DNA from: Camelus dromedarius
Lineage: Eukaryota
Reading direction: 5' to 3'
Length of the DNA stretch: 64,000 bases
Assembly (NCBI RefSeq): GCF_036321535.1
Contig: NC_087437.1
Location: forward strand, 3,038,001-3,102,000
Made by a program: the position numbers and the translations under genes. Shown piece by piece: positions 1-11,939 of this stretch. Every line of letters starts with the position of its first letter. Position 1 is the stretch's first letter. The notes under the pieces are model-generated. The model was given only the letters and a program-made list of their open reading frames with translations, made no database searches and was not told the origin of the DNA.

Positions 1-519
1 CTGTATTGGCCACAACTTCCAAACGTGTCGCAAAGACATTCCCTTAGCTCTCAGGAATTTACACGAAAGGTTTGCAAGAGGAAGGTTCACAGTGGAGCAG
101 TTCACAGAGGGGCCTTCTAGGGGGGAATTTATCTGCCTGGTTCCCTCTTGACTTTTGTTTCCCATTGGTCAAGATTTATCCCACAGAGACCTAATACTTT
201 TATGCATCTGACAAGGTGGTGAGTACTAAAAAAGCCAGATGCTAAGCCCTGTTGTGTGGCATTCCATCCAAGTCCAAAAGCAGAGGTGGGGGGATTCAGC
301 TGGTTGTAGTACGAACCAGGAGGAAGGAAGGCAGTTGGGGGAAACAGGAGGTACACACAAAACTTACATGCAATCCAGGAAAAACATTGTGACATGACAC
401 TGATGATAAAAAATTAAAAAAAAAAAAAAAAAGAAAATCTCTCAACCAACGAAAAAAAGAAATTAGATAACATGATCGATACATCTATCCAAAAGCTCTG
501 GTAAATTTCATATTTTAAA

Positions 520-615
520 AATGTAGAGATAGTCCCATTAAATCAGGTACAAGACAAGGATGCCCACTTTTGCTGCTACTCTTCTACCTTGTACTAGAGA
601 TTCTAGCCTTATCAC
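520..615 (+). mobile_element. Old LINE-1 ORF2 (RT region) fragment
   Basis: cccattaaatcaggtacaagacaaggatgcccactt...tactagagattctagcc corresponds to the L1 GTRQGCPL motif. Confidence 0.7.
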
Positions 616-899
616 TCAAAAAACCAAAACCAAAAGTAAAAACCCCATAACGTAGTCACATTGCTTATAAGTGAGACAAAAGCATGCAATTTCTAGCTGG
701 TGGCCATGCACTCAGCTAAAGCTGGTGTGTGTATTGGGAGAGGGCCTTTTACCAAAATGAAAATAGGGCAAGTAGATGCTGGGATTATAATTAGTAATTT
801 CTGCTACATCTGTATGGGGAGAAACCATCTATAGGCAGTAATCAAAAAATAGTGAGAGCTCAGTGTTTCCAGGTAGAACATTAACATAAAACCTTAAGT

Positions 900-1650
900 A
901 GTATGGGAATGTAAATTGGTATAGCATTGTGGAAAGTAGTATGGAGGTTCCTCAATAAATTGAAGTTAAAGCCACCATATGATCCAGCAATCCCACTTCT
1001 GGGTATACATCCAAAGGAAACAGAATCACTATCTTCAAGACTTATCTGCACCCCCATGTTCATTGCAGCATTGCATACAATAGCCAAAACATGGAAACCA
1101 CCATGGTCTTGTGTCCATCAGCAGAACAGATAAAGAAAATGTGACAGACACATATAGATGACCATTATTCAGCCATAAAAAGAAGGAAATCCTGCCATGT
1201 GTGATAATGTGGGCGGACCTTGATGGCATTATGCCAGGTGAACAGAAAATGGCAGATACTGTCTAATCTCACTTATATGTGGAATCTTCAAAAAAAAAAA
1301 AAAGAACTAGAAACAGAACAGATGGGTGATTGCCAGAGATGGAGGTGGGAGAATCAGTGAAGGTGGTCAAAATGTACAGACTTCCAGTTATTAGATAAAT
1401 AAATTCTGGGGATGACATGTACAGCATAGTGACTGTAGTTAACAATACTGTATGATATATTTGAAAATCACTAATAGAGTAGATCTTAAAAGTTCTCATC
1501 ATGAGACAAAAAATTCTGTGTGGTGGTAGATGCTAACTTAGTGTGGTGATCGTTTGGCAATAAAGGCACATAACAAATCATTATGTTGTACATCTTAAAC
1601 TAATACAATGCTTATGCCAATTATATCTCAATAAAACCAGGGGAAAAATT
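900..1650 (+). mobile_element. LINE-1 3' end (L1MA-like)
   Basis: ORF 927..1133 ([25 protein letters not shown]...[17 protein letters not shown]) is the L1 ORF2 C-terminus, followed by a typical 3' UTR ending tatatctcAATAAAaccagggaaaaa. Confidence 0.9.
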
Positions 1651-2283
1651 CAGTCATGAGCCCTACAGCAACAGTAATCAATTTGAAAATGTTATGGATA
1701 AATATATAATTATAACAACACAAAAACTATACAGTGACTGGAACTTAATCCCCAAATGTACAGTATTCTTACAGAGGAAATCACAAAATGTCTCCGAGAC
1801 ACATATAAGAAGATAACAGTAGGTCTTTTAATAATGTTAATTCTTCTCAAGTTGACCTATAAAATCAATGCAATTCTAATAAATTTTTCATAAAACTGGG
1901 GGAACTTACTCTAAAATTTATATATTGAGGTAGATGTCCAAGGACAATCAAAACAGACCAATCAGCAAACAGTAGGAAAATGGGAAAGAGCATCAACAAG
2001 CAATTCATAAAGGACAAAACATATAAAGGGGCTCTCGATCTCACTAGTAATCTGATAAATCCAAATTTAAGCAATGAACCACAAGTTGCTGTTTTATGCG
2101 CCATGGATGATGGAAGTTAAAAATAGTAACAATACCAAGGGTCAGAAAGGACGTGGAGACACTTGGATGGAGTGAAAATTAGGATGGAAGTGAGATGGTA
2201 TCAACCAATTTGAGCAACATGTCAACACCTAATAAATTTGAATATGGCTCTATGTTAATATCTAGGAATACTATTTCTAAGTG

Positions 2284-3100
2284 TAGTCAGTCCTCATTAC
2301 TCACAGATTTGCCTACTTGCTAAAATGTGTTTGTAACCTTCAGATCAGTATCCATGCTACTTTCACGCTCACTTGTGGACATGTGCATGGTGCTAATAAG
2401 TTGAGTCACTTGATGTACACAGTCCCGGTTGAGATTGAACAAGGTGATGATGCACTGCCTTCTTGTTTTGTTTGCAAATAAGCGTCCTTTTCATCATCAA
2501 TTTAGTGCCCTGTTTTGTTTTTTTTTTTCATTTTTGTGGGTTTTTTTTTTTTTTTTGGTGATTTCACTGTTTAAAATGACCCCCAAGTATATAGTGCCTT
2601 ACAGAGAAAAGCATGTGTTAATCAGGCATGAGTTAGAGTGCTGTTTACTGTGAGTTCAGTGTTAATGAATGAACAATAGATATTAAATGTGTTTTTAAAC
2701 AGGCACACACATAAAACACAGTTATTTATTGATTAGTTGACATAAATATTGTGACCAGAAGTGTGGAGGGTCCTAATTCTGTGTTTCCTCTAGGAGCAAT
2801 GGTGTAGTATCTGGTAACTCAGTGTTCTTAGTGACTTTTTAATTTAATTTATATATTTTTAAAATATATTTTTATTGAAGTATCGTCAGTTTACAGTGTG
2901 TCAATTTCTGATGTATAGCACAATGCTTTAGTCCTACATGAACATACATATATTGATTTTCATATTTTTTCACCGTAAGTTACTATAAGATATAGAATAT
3001 AGTTTCCAGTGCTATACACTGTAAACTTGTTGTCTATCTATTTTATATATACTCAGTGACTTTATAGAATACAGTTACTGCAGGTAACAAGAATGGACTG
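2284..3100. mobile_element. TcMar-Tigger family non-autonomous DNA transposon (MER82-like), interrupted by a short L1
   Basis: Degenerate terminal inverted repeats (tagtcagtcctcatt... / ...aacaagaatggactg|TA) and internal sequence resembling the MER82 consensus. Confidence 0.7.
2839..3051 (-). mobile_element. 5'-truncated young L1 3' tail with 12-bp TSD
   Basis: T-rich tail then ttattgaagtatcgtcagtttacagtgtgtcaatttctg..., flanked by cttagtgacttt (2827-2838) and ctcagtgacttt (3052-3063). Confidence 0.85.
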
Positions 3101-4329
3101 TAAACAAGAGAGAGACTCTCACATGTACACAATGGTGAGAATGTAAATATAACCTTAATATGGGGAATGGATGAGTGCATTGGGTTATATCCACACAATG
3201 GAACACTATCATGGTGCTAGCATCTTGGTGGAGAGACATGGAGTAAACAAAATTGCTACGTAAAGTATATGAAGAGTTAAAAGGTAGTGTGTGCTATGAA
3301 GGAGAGTTAAACAGAGAAGGGAAAGAGCAAGTAAGTCCTGGGGTGTTAAGTGCTTTGAAGTTTTTAAATAACGTAGCTGAGGAATGCCTCCCTGAAAAAG
3401 TGTAAATAATTACAATTTGATATTCTCTTCTTATTTCATAAGGTAGAACTTACACCATTTAGCGAATAGTGATTGTAATAGCAGATGTCCTTATTTTATT
3501 CCTGATGCAGAATCTAGCAAATAGTAGGTGATGAATAAATGCTTACATAATGAATACCTCTGATGTTTCACCTTTAAATATGATTTTGGCTAACGTCCAG
3601 TATTTCCACCTTTTGGTCCGTTACGATCTTTGTGTATTTTTTCATGTGTTCTATTGAATATTTCAATTGGAAGATTGTAGAAAGTGTTTTAGATATTCCT
3701 GGCTTTCTTCCATCCTGATCTGGAGTTCCATGATTGACATTTTAATCTAACTGAAGCATACAGCCTGGTATTAATTAATGTTCAATAAATTTTTAATTGA
3801 ATTAATGAAGAAACTGAGAGGGTAGAGAAAATACTATCTTTACCTTGGTTTGTAATTTTCAAATAATCAGATTTTTGGTATATAGGTCTCTTTTTTGTCT
3901 CTTGCCATGGGCCCTGCAAATCGTAGGGGTGGGCTTTTGGCTTAGTGTTTGCTCAACAGCTATTATGTTCTAGGTACAGAGTGCAGAGTGCAGTCCTTTA
4001 TGTGTAATTATAACAAAGCACCACAAGGTGATTATCTCTACTTTACAGAAAAGAAATGGTTTCAAAGAGAGCTGGGACTCCACCCCAGTTGGTCTGACAC
4101 TAAAACCTGTGCACTTTTCTTCACATAAGGGTGCTGGTTCCCAGAATTATAATCAGTGTGTTCAAAGCTGCCTGTTTATTTTTGCTAGCTTTCTCCTACG
4201 TTGCATTCTCTACTCAGCATCTCCATGACAAAGCATATCAGCAGATAGGAAAAACCTCTTCTTGTTTTCAATTTCATACACACTTATAGAGCTCCTACAT
4301 CAGTTGTTTGCAGTGCTTTACCAAAAAAT

Positions 4330-5322
4330 GTGACCTCCTCAACATGATGAAAGGCATTTATTTTTTTAAAAACCCCACAGCTAATAATATACTTATTGGT
4401 GAAAGATTGAAAAATTTCCCATTAAGGTCAGGAACAGACGAGGATGCCCACTTTTAACACTGATATTCAACTTTGCACTGGAAGTTCTAGCCAGAGAAAT
4501 TAGACAACAAAAAGGAAAATAAAAGGCATTGAAATTGGAAAGGAAGAAGTAAAATTATCTTTATTCACAAATGACATGATCATATATATAGAAAATCTCA
4601 AGGAATCCATCAAAAAAAGCTATTAGAGCTAAACAAATTCAGCAAAGTTGCAGTATACAAAATCAATGTACACAAATCAGATGTGTTTTTATACTCTAAC
4701 AATGAACAATCTGAAATCAAGAAAACAATTTCATTTACAATATCACCCCCAAAGAGTAAAACACCAAGGAATAAATTTAGCCAAAGATATTAAAGACTTG
4801 TGCACTACAAAATATTGCTGAAAGAAATTAATGAAGACCTAAATAAATGGAAAGACATTCTGTGTTTATGGATTGGAAGACAATGTTATTAAGATGTCAG
4901 TAATATTCACAGTAATCTGCAGATTCAGTGCAATCACTATCAAAATTCCAAGGATCAGTTTTTGCAGCAATGGAAAAGCTGATCTTCAAATTCATATGAA
5001 ATTACAGTGTCCCTCGAATAGCCAAAAAAACTTGAAAAGATGAACAACTTCTTGATTATAAAATGTATTACAAAGCTGCAGTAATTAAAACAGTGTGGTA
5101 CTGGCACAAAGATAAACATATAGACCAGTGGAATAGAATTGAGAGTTTAGGTATAAATCCATACATTTATGCCAATAGATTTTTGGCAAGGATGCCAAGA
5201 CCCTTTAACAGGGGAAGGGATAGTCTTTTCAACAAATGGTTTGGGACAACTGGATGTCTATGTACAAAAGAATGGAGTTGCAACCCTTCCCTACCTACAC
5301 CCTATACAAAAATTAACTCAAA
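4330..5322 (+). mobile_element. LINE-1 ORF2 fragment (degraded)
   Basis: RT motifs (ggaacagacgaggatgccca; ttattcacaaatgacatgat = LFxxDM) and ORF 5063..5356 YYKAAVIKTVWYWHKDKHIDQWNRIE. Confidence 0.9.
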
Positions 5323-5324
5323 TG

Positions 5325-5615
5325 CTAGTGTATATAGCAAACAGAAACAGACATAGATATAGAGAATAAATTAGTGGTTACCAGTGGGGAGAGGGAAGTG
5401 GAGAGGGGTGAGATAGTAGTAAGGGATTAAGAGGTACAAACTACTATGTAGAAACAAAAAAGCAACAAGGATATACTATACAGCACAGGGAAATAAAGCC
5501 ATTATTTTGCAATAACTTTAAGTGGAGTATAATCTATAAAAATATTGAATCACTATGTTATACATCTGAAACTAATATAATATTATAAAATCAACTATAC
5601 TTCAACTTTTAAAAA
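5325..5615 (+). mobile_element. LINE-1 3' UTR fragment (artiodactyl type)
   Basis: gtggttaccagtggggagaggg...aaatcaactatacttcaa plus A-rich end; the same sequence family occurs at 51645-52104. Confidence 0.8.
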
Positions 5616-5961
5616 GTAAATTGGACAGACATGATACAAAGAAAATAGAAAATGTGGAAGAGAGGAGAAAAAACTTACTCAGAAAAAGAACAGACATTAG
5701 AAAATGTCATGGGCATGTGAAAATTATGGTAAAATATTTTACAACAAATTGTACTAATTTAATTAAACAATCCCCTCTATGACAGAATACCACAGAATAG
5801 AAATATAAGAACTCAGAAGAGAGATGGAAAAAATACCAAGAAGAAGAAGAAAGAAGTTGGCAGAACCTAGGAAATAAGCACAAGGGAAAAATATCACAGG
5901 CATAAAGAAGAAAGGGACATAGAAACTAAAAATGAGAAAATAAGAATCAAGAAAGGCACAA
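5616..5961 (+). mobile_element. Ancient HAL1/L1 ORF1-like fragment (left part of a split element)
   Basis: A-rich, coiled-coil-type degenerate ORF1 sequence that appears to continue at 10787 after the duplicated aaaggcacaa. Confidence 0.5.
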
Positions 5962-6118
5962 CCGACCCTACACTGGCACCGACTGGACCCTGGCCCTTGG
6001 GTGACAAGAGAGGAGTGTACTGCTGGGACACATAGGATGTCTCCCACAGAGGGCCACCTGTCCAAGGTCGAGACACATAGCTCACCTACTTAAAAATATG
6101 AATAGAAAGATAGACAAT

Positions 6119-7010
6119 ATGAGGCGGCAGAGGAATATATCCCAGGCCAAGGCACAAGATAAAATCCCAGAAGAAGAAATAAGTGATGAGGAGGTAGGCA
6201 ATTTATCTGAGAAAGAGTTTAAAGTAATGATGGCCAAGACGTTCAGAGAACTCAAGAGGAGTATAGATGAACAGAGCGAAGTTTTTTAGCAGAGTTGGAA
6301 AGTATAAAGAATACTCAAATAGAGTTGAAGAATAAAATCACTGAAATGAATAATACACTAGAAGGAATCAAGAATGGACTAAATGAGGTAGAAGAACAGA
6401 CCAGTGAGCTAGAAGACAGATTAGTGGAAATCAGTATTGCAGAACAGATAAAAGAAAAAAGAATGAAAAGAAGTGAGGATAGTTTAAGAGAACTCTGGGA
6501 CAACATGAAGCACACTAATATTCGCATTATAGAGGTCCCAGAAAGAGAGGAGAGAGAGAAAGAACCTGAGAAAATTTTTGGAGAGATAATTGCTGAAAAC
6601 TTCCCCAACTTGGGAAAGGAAACAGTCGCCCAAGTCCAGGAAGTATAGAGAGTTTCACAGAGGATCAACCCAAAGAGAAACACACCAAGGCATGTAGTCT
6701 TCAAATTGACAAAAAATAAGGATAAGGAGAAAATATTAAAATCAGCAAGAGAAAAGCAACAAATAATATACAAGGGAACTCCCATAAGGTTATCAGTGAT
6801 TTTTCAGCAGAAACTCCACAGGCCAGAAGGGAGCGGCAAGATATATTTAAAGTGATGAAAGGGAGAAACCTACAACCAAGAATACTCCATTCAGCAAGGC
6901 TCTCATTCAGACTTGATGGAGAAATCAAAAGCTTCACAGATAAACAAAAGCTAAAAGAATTCAGCACCACTAAACCAGCTTTACAACAAATGTTAAAGGA
7001 ACTTCTCTAA
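6119..7010 (+). pseudogene. L1 ORF1p remnant (full length, about 2 frameshifts and 1 stop)
   Basis: MRRQRNISQ...EKEFKVMM, then LKNKITEMNNTLEGI...LRELWDNMKHTNIRIIEVPE...IIAENFPNLGKE, stop at 6646-6648, RINPKRNTPRH..., ending KPALQQMLKELL* (TAA 7008-7010). Confidence 0.92.
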
Positions 7011-7081
7011 TCATCATAACATAAGAAAAGAGAACAAAAATAAGAAAGAGAGGAGAAAAAAAAAAAAAAGAAGACCTACAG

Positions 7082-7375
7082 AAGATTGCTTTGGCAGTTT
7101 TGGGTCTTTTGTGGTTCCATATAAATTTTGGAATTGTTTGTTCTAGTTCTGTAAAGAATGTTGTATTTTGACTGAGGTTGCATTGGATCTGTACATTACT
7201 TTGGGGAGTACTGCCATTTTGATAATGTTGATTCTTCCAATCCAAGAGCACAAGATATCTTTCTATTTCTTTGTATCATCTTCAATTTCCTTCATCAGTG
7301 TTTTACAGTTTTCAGAATATAGGTAATCCCTTTGGTTAAGTTTATTTCTAGATATTTTGTTGTTTTTGATGCAAT
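7082..7375 (-). mobile_element. Antisense L1 ORF2 fragment abutting the ORF1 spacer
   Basis: ORF 6970..7251(-) contains [25 protein letters not shown]. Confidence 0.88.
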
Positions 7376-7469
7376 GGAAATGTTTATACCAGTTATAAAA
7401 TTCTGGTTTTTGAAGTGAAAAAATAAAAGTGAATGAAGGGATGCAAATGGCAAAATATACTTCTTTCTT

Positions 7470-10446
7470 TTTTTAAAAAAAATTATTTTATTGAGTTATA
7501 GTCAGTTTATAATGTTGTGTCAATTTCCAGTGTAGAACACAATTTTTCAGTTATACATGAACATACATATATTCATTTTCACATACTTTCTTTCACTGTG
7601 AGCTACCACAAGATCTTGTATACATTTTCCTGTGATATACAGTATAATCTTATTTATCTATTTTATGTATACCTGTCAGTATCTACAAATTTCGAACTCC
7701 CAGCCTGTCCTTTCCCCTTCCCCTCACCCACTGGCAACCACAAGTTTGTATTCTATGGCTGTGAGTCTGTTTCTGTTTTGTATTTATGTTCACTTGTCTT
7801 TTTCTTTTCTTTTCTTTTTTTAAGATTCCACATATGAGTGATCTCATATGGTATTTTTCTCTCTCTTTCTGGCTTACCTTCAATTAGAGTGACATTCTCC
7901 AAGGACATCCATGTTGCTGCAAATGACATTATTTTGTCATTTTAATGGCTGAATAGTATTCCATTGTATAAATATACCACATCTTCTTTATCCAGTCATC
8001 TGTTGATGGACATTTAGGTTGTTTCCATGTCTTGGCTATTGTAAATAGTGCTGCTATGAACATTGGGGTGCAGGTGTCTTTTTGAATTAGGGTTCCTTCT
8101 GGATATGTGCCCAGGAGAGGGGTTACTTGGTCATATGGTAAGTCTATTCCTAGTCTTTTGAGGAATCTCCATACTGTTTTCCACAGTGGCTGCACCAAAC
8201 TGCATTCCCACCAGTAGTGTAGGAGTGTTCCCTTTTCTCCACAGCCTCTCCAGCATTTGTCATTTGTGGGCTCTTGAATGATGGCCATTCTGAGTGGTGT
8301 GAGGTGATACCTCACTGCAGTTTTGATTTGCATTTCTCTGATAATTAGCGATATTGAGCATTTTTTTCACGTGCCTATTGATCATTTGTATTTCATCACT
8401 GGAGAATTGCTTGTTTAGGCCTTCTGATCATTTTTGGATTGGGTTGTTTGTGTTTTCCTTATTAAGTCGTGTGAGCTGCTTATGTATTCTAGAGATCAAG
8501 CCTTTGTCAGTTTCATCTTTTGCAAAAATTTTCTCCCATTCCATAGGTTGTTGTTTCGTTTTGCTTATAGTTTCCTTTGTTGTGCAAAAGCTTGTAAGCT
8601 TAATTAGGTCCCATTTGTTTATTCTTGCTTTTATTTCTATTGCTTGCATAAACTGCCCTAGGAGAACATTGTTGAGATGTATATGAGATAATGTTTGCCT
8701 ATGTTTTCTTTTAGGCAGTTTATTGTATCTTATGTTGAAGTCTTTCATCCATTTTGAGATTATTTTTGTGTATGGTGTGAGGGAGTGTTCTAGCTTCATT
8801 GACTTACATGCTGCTATCCAGTTTTCCCAACACCATTTGCTGAAGAGACCGTCTTTATTCCATTGTATATTCTTGCCTCCTTTGTTGAAGATTAGTTGAT
8901 CAAAAGTTTGTCATTTGGGTTCATTTCTGGACTCTCTATTCTGTTCCATTGGTCCATATGTCTGTTTTTGTACCAGTACTATGCTGTTTTGATTACTGTA
9001 GCTCTGTAGTATTGTCTAAAGTCTGAGAGGGTTATTCCTCCAGCCTCTTTCTTTTTCTTCAGTAATGCTTTGTCAATTCTAGGTCTTTTGTGGTTCCATA
9101 TAAATTTTATTATGATTTGTTCTAGTTCTGTGAAATATGTCTTGGGTAATTTGATAGGGATTTCATTAAATCTGTAGATTGTCTTAGGCAGTATGACCAT
9201 TTTAACAATATTGATTCTTCCAATTCAGGAGCATGGGATGTCTTTACATTTTTTAAAAGTTGTCTTTAATTTCCTTCATCAGTGTTTTATAGTTCTCCAT
9301 GTATAAGTCTTTCACCTCCTTGGTTAGATTTATTCCTAGGTATTTTATTACTTCGGGTGCTACTTTAAAGGGGATTGATTCTTTACTTTCTTTTTCTGTT
9401 GATTCATTGTTAGTGTAAAGAAATACAACTTATTTTTGTATGTTAATCTTGTAATCTGCTACCTTGCTGAATTCTTCGATTAGTTCTAGTAGTTTTTGTG
9501 TGGACCTTTTAGGGTTTTCTATGTATAGTATCGTGTCATCTGCATATAGTGACACTTTTACCTCTTGTTTTCTAATTTGGATCTCCTTTATTTCTCTCTG
9601 TTACCTGATTGCTGTGGCTAGGACTTCCAAGACTAGGTTGAATAGGAGTAGTGATAGTGGACAGCCTTGTCTTGTCTCAGATTTTAGTGGGAAGGTTTTG
9701 AGTTTTTCACCGTTGAGTACTATGCTGGCTGTAGGTTTGTCATACATAGCTATTATTATGTTGAGTTATGTTTCCTCTATACCCACTTTGGTGAGAGTTT
9801 TTATCATAAATGGGTGTTGAATTTTATCAAATGCTTTTTCTGCATCTATTGAGATGATCATGTGGTTTTTGTCCTTTCTCTTGTTGATGCGATGTATTAC
9901 ATTGATTGATTTGCATATGTTGAACCATCCTTGTGTCCCTGGGATGAACCCCACTTGATCGTGGTGTATAATCTTTTTTATGTGCTGTTGGATTCTGTTT
10001 GCTAATATTTTGGTAAGGATTTTTGCATTTATGTTCATTAGTGATATTGGTCTGTAATTCTCTTTTTTGGTAGTGTCTTTGCTTGGTTTTGGTATCAGGG
10101 TCATGGTGGCTTCATAGAATGAGTTTGGGAGTATTCCCTCCTTTTCAATCTTCTGGAGGAGTTTGAGAAGGACTGGTATGAGTTCTTCTTTATATGTTTG
10201 GTAGAATTTCCTGGTGAAGCCGTCTGGTCCTGGACTTTTATTTGTAGGGAGGTTTTTTTAATTGCTAATTTGATTTCATTTCTAGTGACCGGTTTGTTCA
10301 AGTGGTCAGTTTCTTCTTGATTCAGTCTTGGCGGACTGTATGTTTCCAGAAACTTTTCCATCTCCTCTAGGTTATCCAGTTTGTTTCCATATAGTTGTAC
10401 ATAATATTTTCATATGATATTCTGTATTTCTATGTGATTGGTTATA
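7470..10446 (-). mobile_element. Young 5'-truncated LINE-1 (about 3 kb; RT to 3' UTR) with 19-bp TSD
   Basis: Consecutive ORF2 pieces ([61 protein letters not shown]). TSD caaaatatacttctttctt (7451-7469) and caaaatatccttctttctt (10447-10465). Confidence 0.95.
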
Positions 10447-10786
10447 CAAAATATCCTTCTTTCTTACGGGTGAGTTGTATTCCTTTACCTCCGTACGGGA
10501 TGCTTCCGTATGTTGGCAGTTATAATGTTGCTGTTAATAGCAAGGTGTATGTATCTTTTAAAATTAATCCTTATTTTGTCATTGGCTTTATTCCTTTGAT
10601 AACTATGTAAGATTAAGAGCTAAAGCTCTAAACGCTCTTAGAAACAATGAACAGTACATATATGTAAATTAAAAATGTGCAGTATATTGTGTATATGTAT
10701 TATATGTAATATATTGTATCTGTGCAGTCAAATTATAACAATTTTACCTAATAAATCTGAAAAATAAAAAAATAGAAAAGGCACAA

Positions 10787-11410
10787 AAGTGAATTAGGAA
10801 TTAGGTAGACAATGGAAATTATGAGAAAAGGAAAGAAAATCCAACTTGTGAATAATCAGAGTTCCCAATTTATAAAAATAAAAAATAAACAAAACAACAA
10901 AACAGAAGGACTACAGTGTGGTCAGGAAAATTTAACTGAAATAAAAGAACTGAATATATTTATCAAAAGAGTACTACGTGCACCAGAGAATTTATACAAA
11001 AATAGATAATGCTAAGACACATCATAGTAAAATTTTCACATTTTAAATAATTATTTGGGCAACTATACAAAACCTTGGAGGAAAAATAAGACTGGAATAA
11101 GATTTCTCTGCAGAGAAATTCTACACCAGAACACAATGAAGCAACACTTACGAGGTTTTCAAAGAATGGAATTGTGAGCCAAAGATTGTAAATACAGTGA
11201 AACTGTACTTCAGGTATAAAGGCCAAATGACTAGCATTTTGAACTTACAGATTTTAAGGGTATGTTGTACTTATGAGACTTCTGTTGAGAGAATACTACA
11301 GGCCAAACTTAAACCAATTACTGATGACTGAGGAAACTATGGCAAAGGAATAATGCACTGAATGTATCTGACTCTCCAATTAAGACAAAAACAAATGTGA
11401 ATGGGTGGTG
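10787..11410 (+). mobile_element. Ancient HAL1-like element (ORF1 C-terminal half and start of 3' region)
   Basis: Degenerate ORF1 motifs (ataatcagagttccc; ctaagacacatcatagtaaaatt = PRHIIVK-like; gagccaaagattgtaaatacagtgaaactg) followed by gaggaaactatggcaaagga, which resembles the HAL1 3' region; no ORF2 follows. Confidence 0.6.
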
Positions 11411-11629
11411 TATGAAAGCACCATTTCCCCAGGACCTTGATGGCAGAGTGTATTTGCAACCTTTGTTTTGTTTTTGGCGTTTTGACAAGTATTTTAATGT
11501 AGTTTGGATTTAATAATATGCTGAGCAGTAGTCATGATGGTGAATGTCCTTGTCTTATTCCTGACTTTAGTGAGATGCCCTTTGAGTTTTCCCATTAAAC
11601 TTAATGCTTTATTTTGAGTTGAATTTTTT

Positions 11630-11754
11630 TAAAATAAAGTTTTATTTCTTTCTTTTAAATCTTTTATTTTTAATTTTGTTTATTATTTATTTTTTATGGA
11701 GGTACTGGGGACCTTGTGCATGCTAAGCACACACTCTACCACTGAGCTATACCC
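11630..11754 (-). mobile_element. tRNA-derived SINE (camelid Vic-1-like) with small internal deletion
   Basis: ggaggtactgggg[deletion]accttgtgcatgctaagcacacactctaccactgagctataccc is the reverse complement of a tRNA-like head with A box, preceded by a T-rich tail. Confidence 0.8.
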
Positions 11755-11939
11755 TTTAAATTTTTTTTTAATGTTAAGTATCCATATACTCCTAATATAT
11801 GATGCTTTATCTAGTTTTTAACATTTTTAACAATGTGACCTGCTCCTTTTTTTCTTATAGTTCAATATTTAGTAAGATCTGTAGTTCATTCTAATATTAC
11901 CTTGCTAATTATAAATTTATATAGTATGTGCTCATTCCT

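Larger units (their letters stand above)
5962..10776 (+). mobile_element. Composite ORF1-only L1-derived retroposon (half-L1-like), interrupted by a younger L1 at 7470-10446
   Basis: Flanked by aaaggcacaa (5952-5961 and 10777-10786). Contains an L1 5' UTR end, full ORF1 remnant, antisense ORF2 piece, non-ORF2 3' region, AATAAA at 10750-10755 and an A-rich tail. Confidence 0.6.

Noticed and set aside
7470..10446. Possibly active LINE-1
   Set aside because: 5'-truncated with no promoter, ORF1 or endonuclease domain, and ORF2 is broken into several frames.
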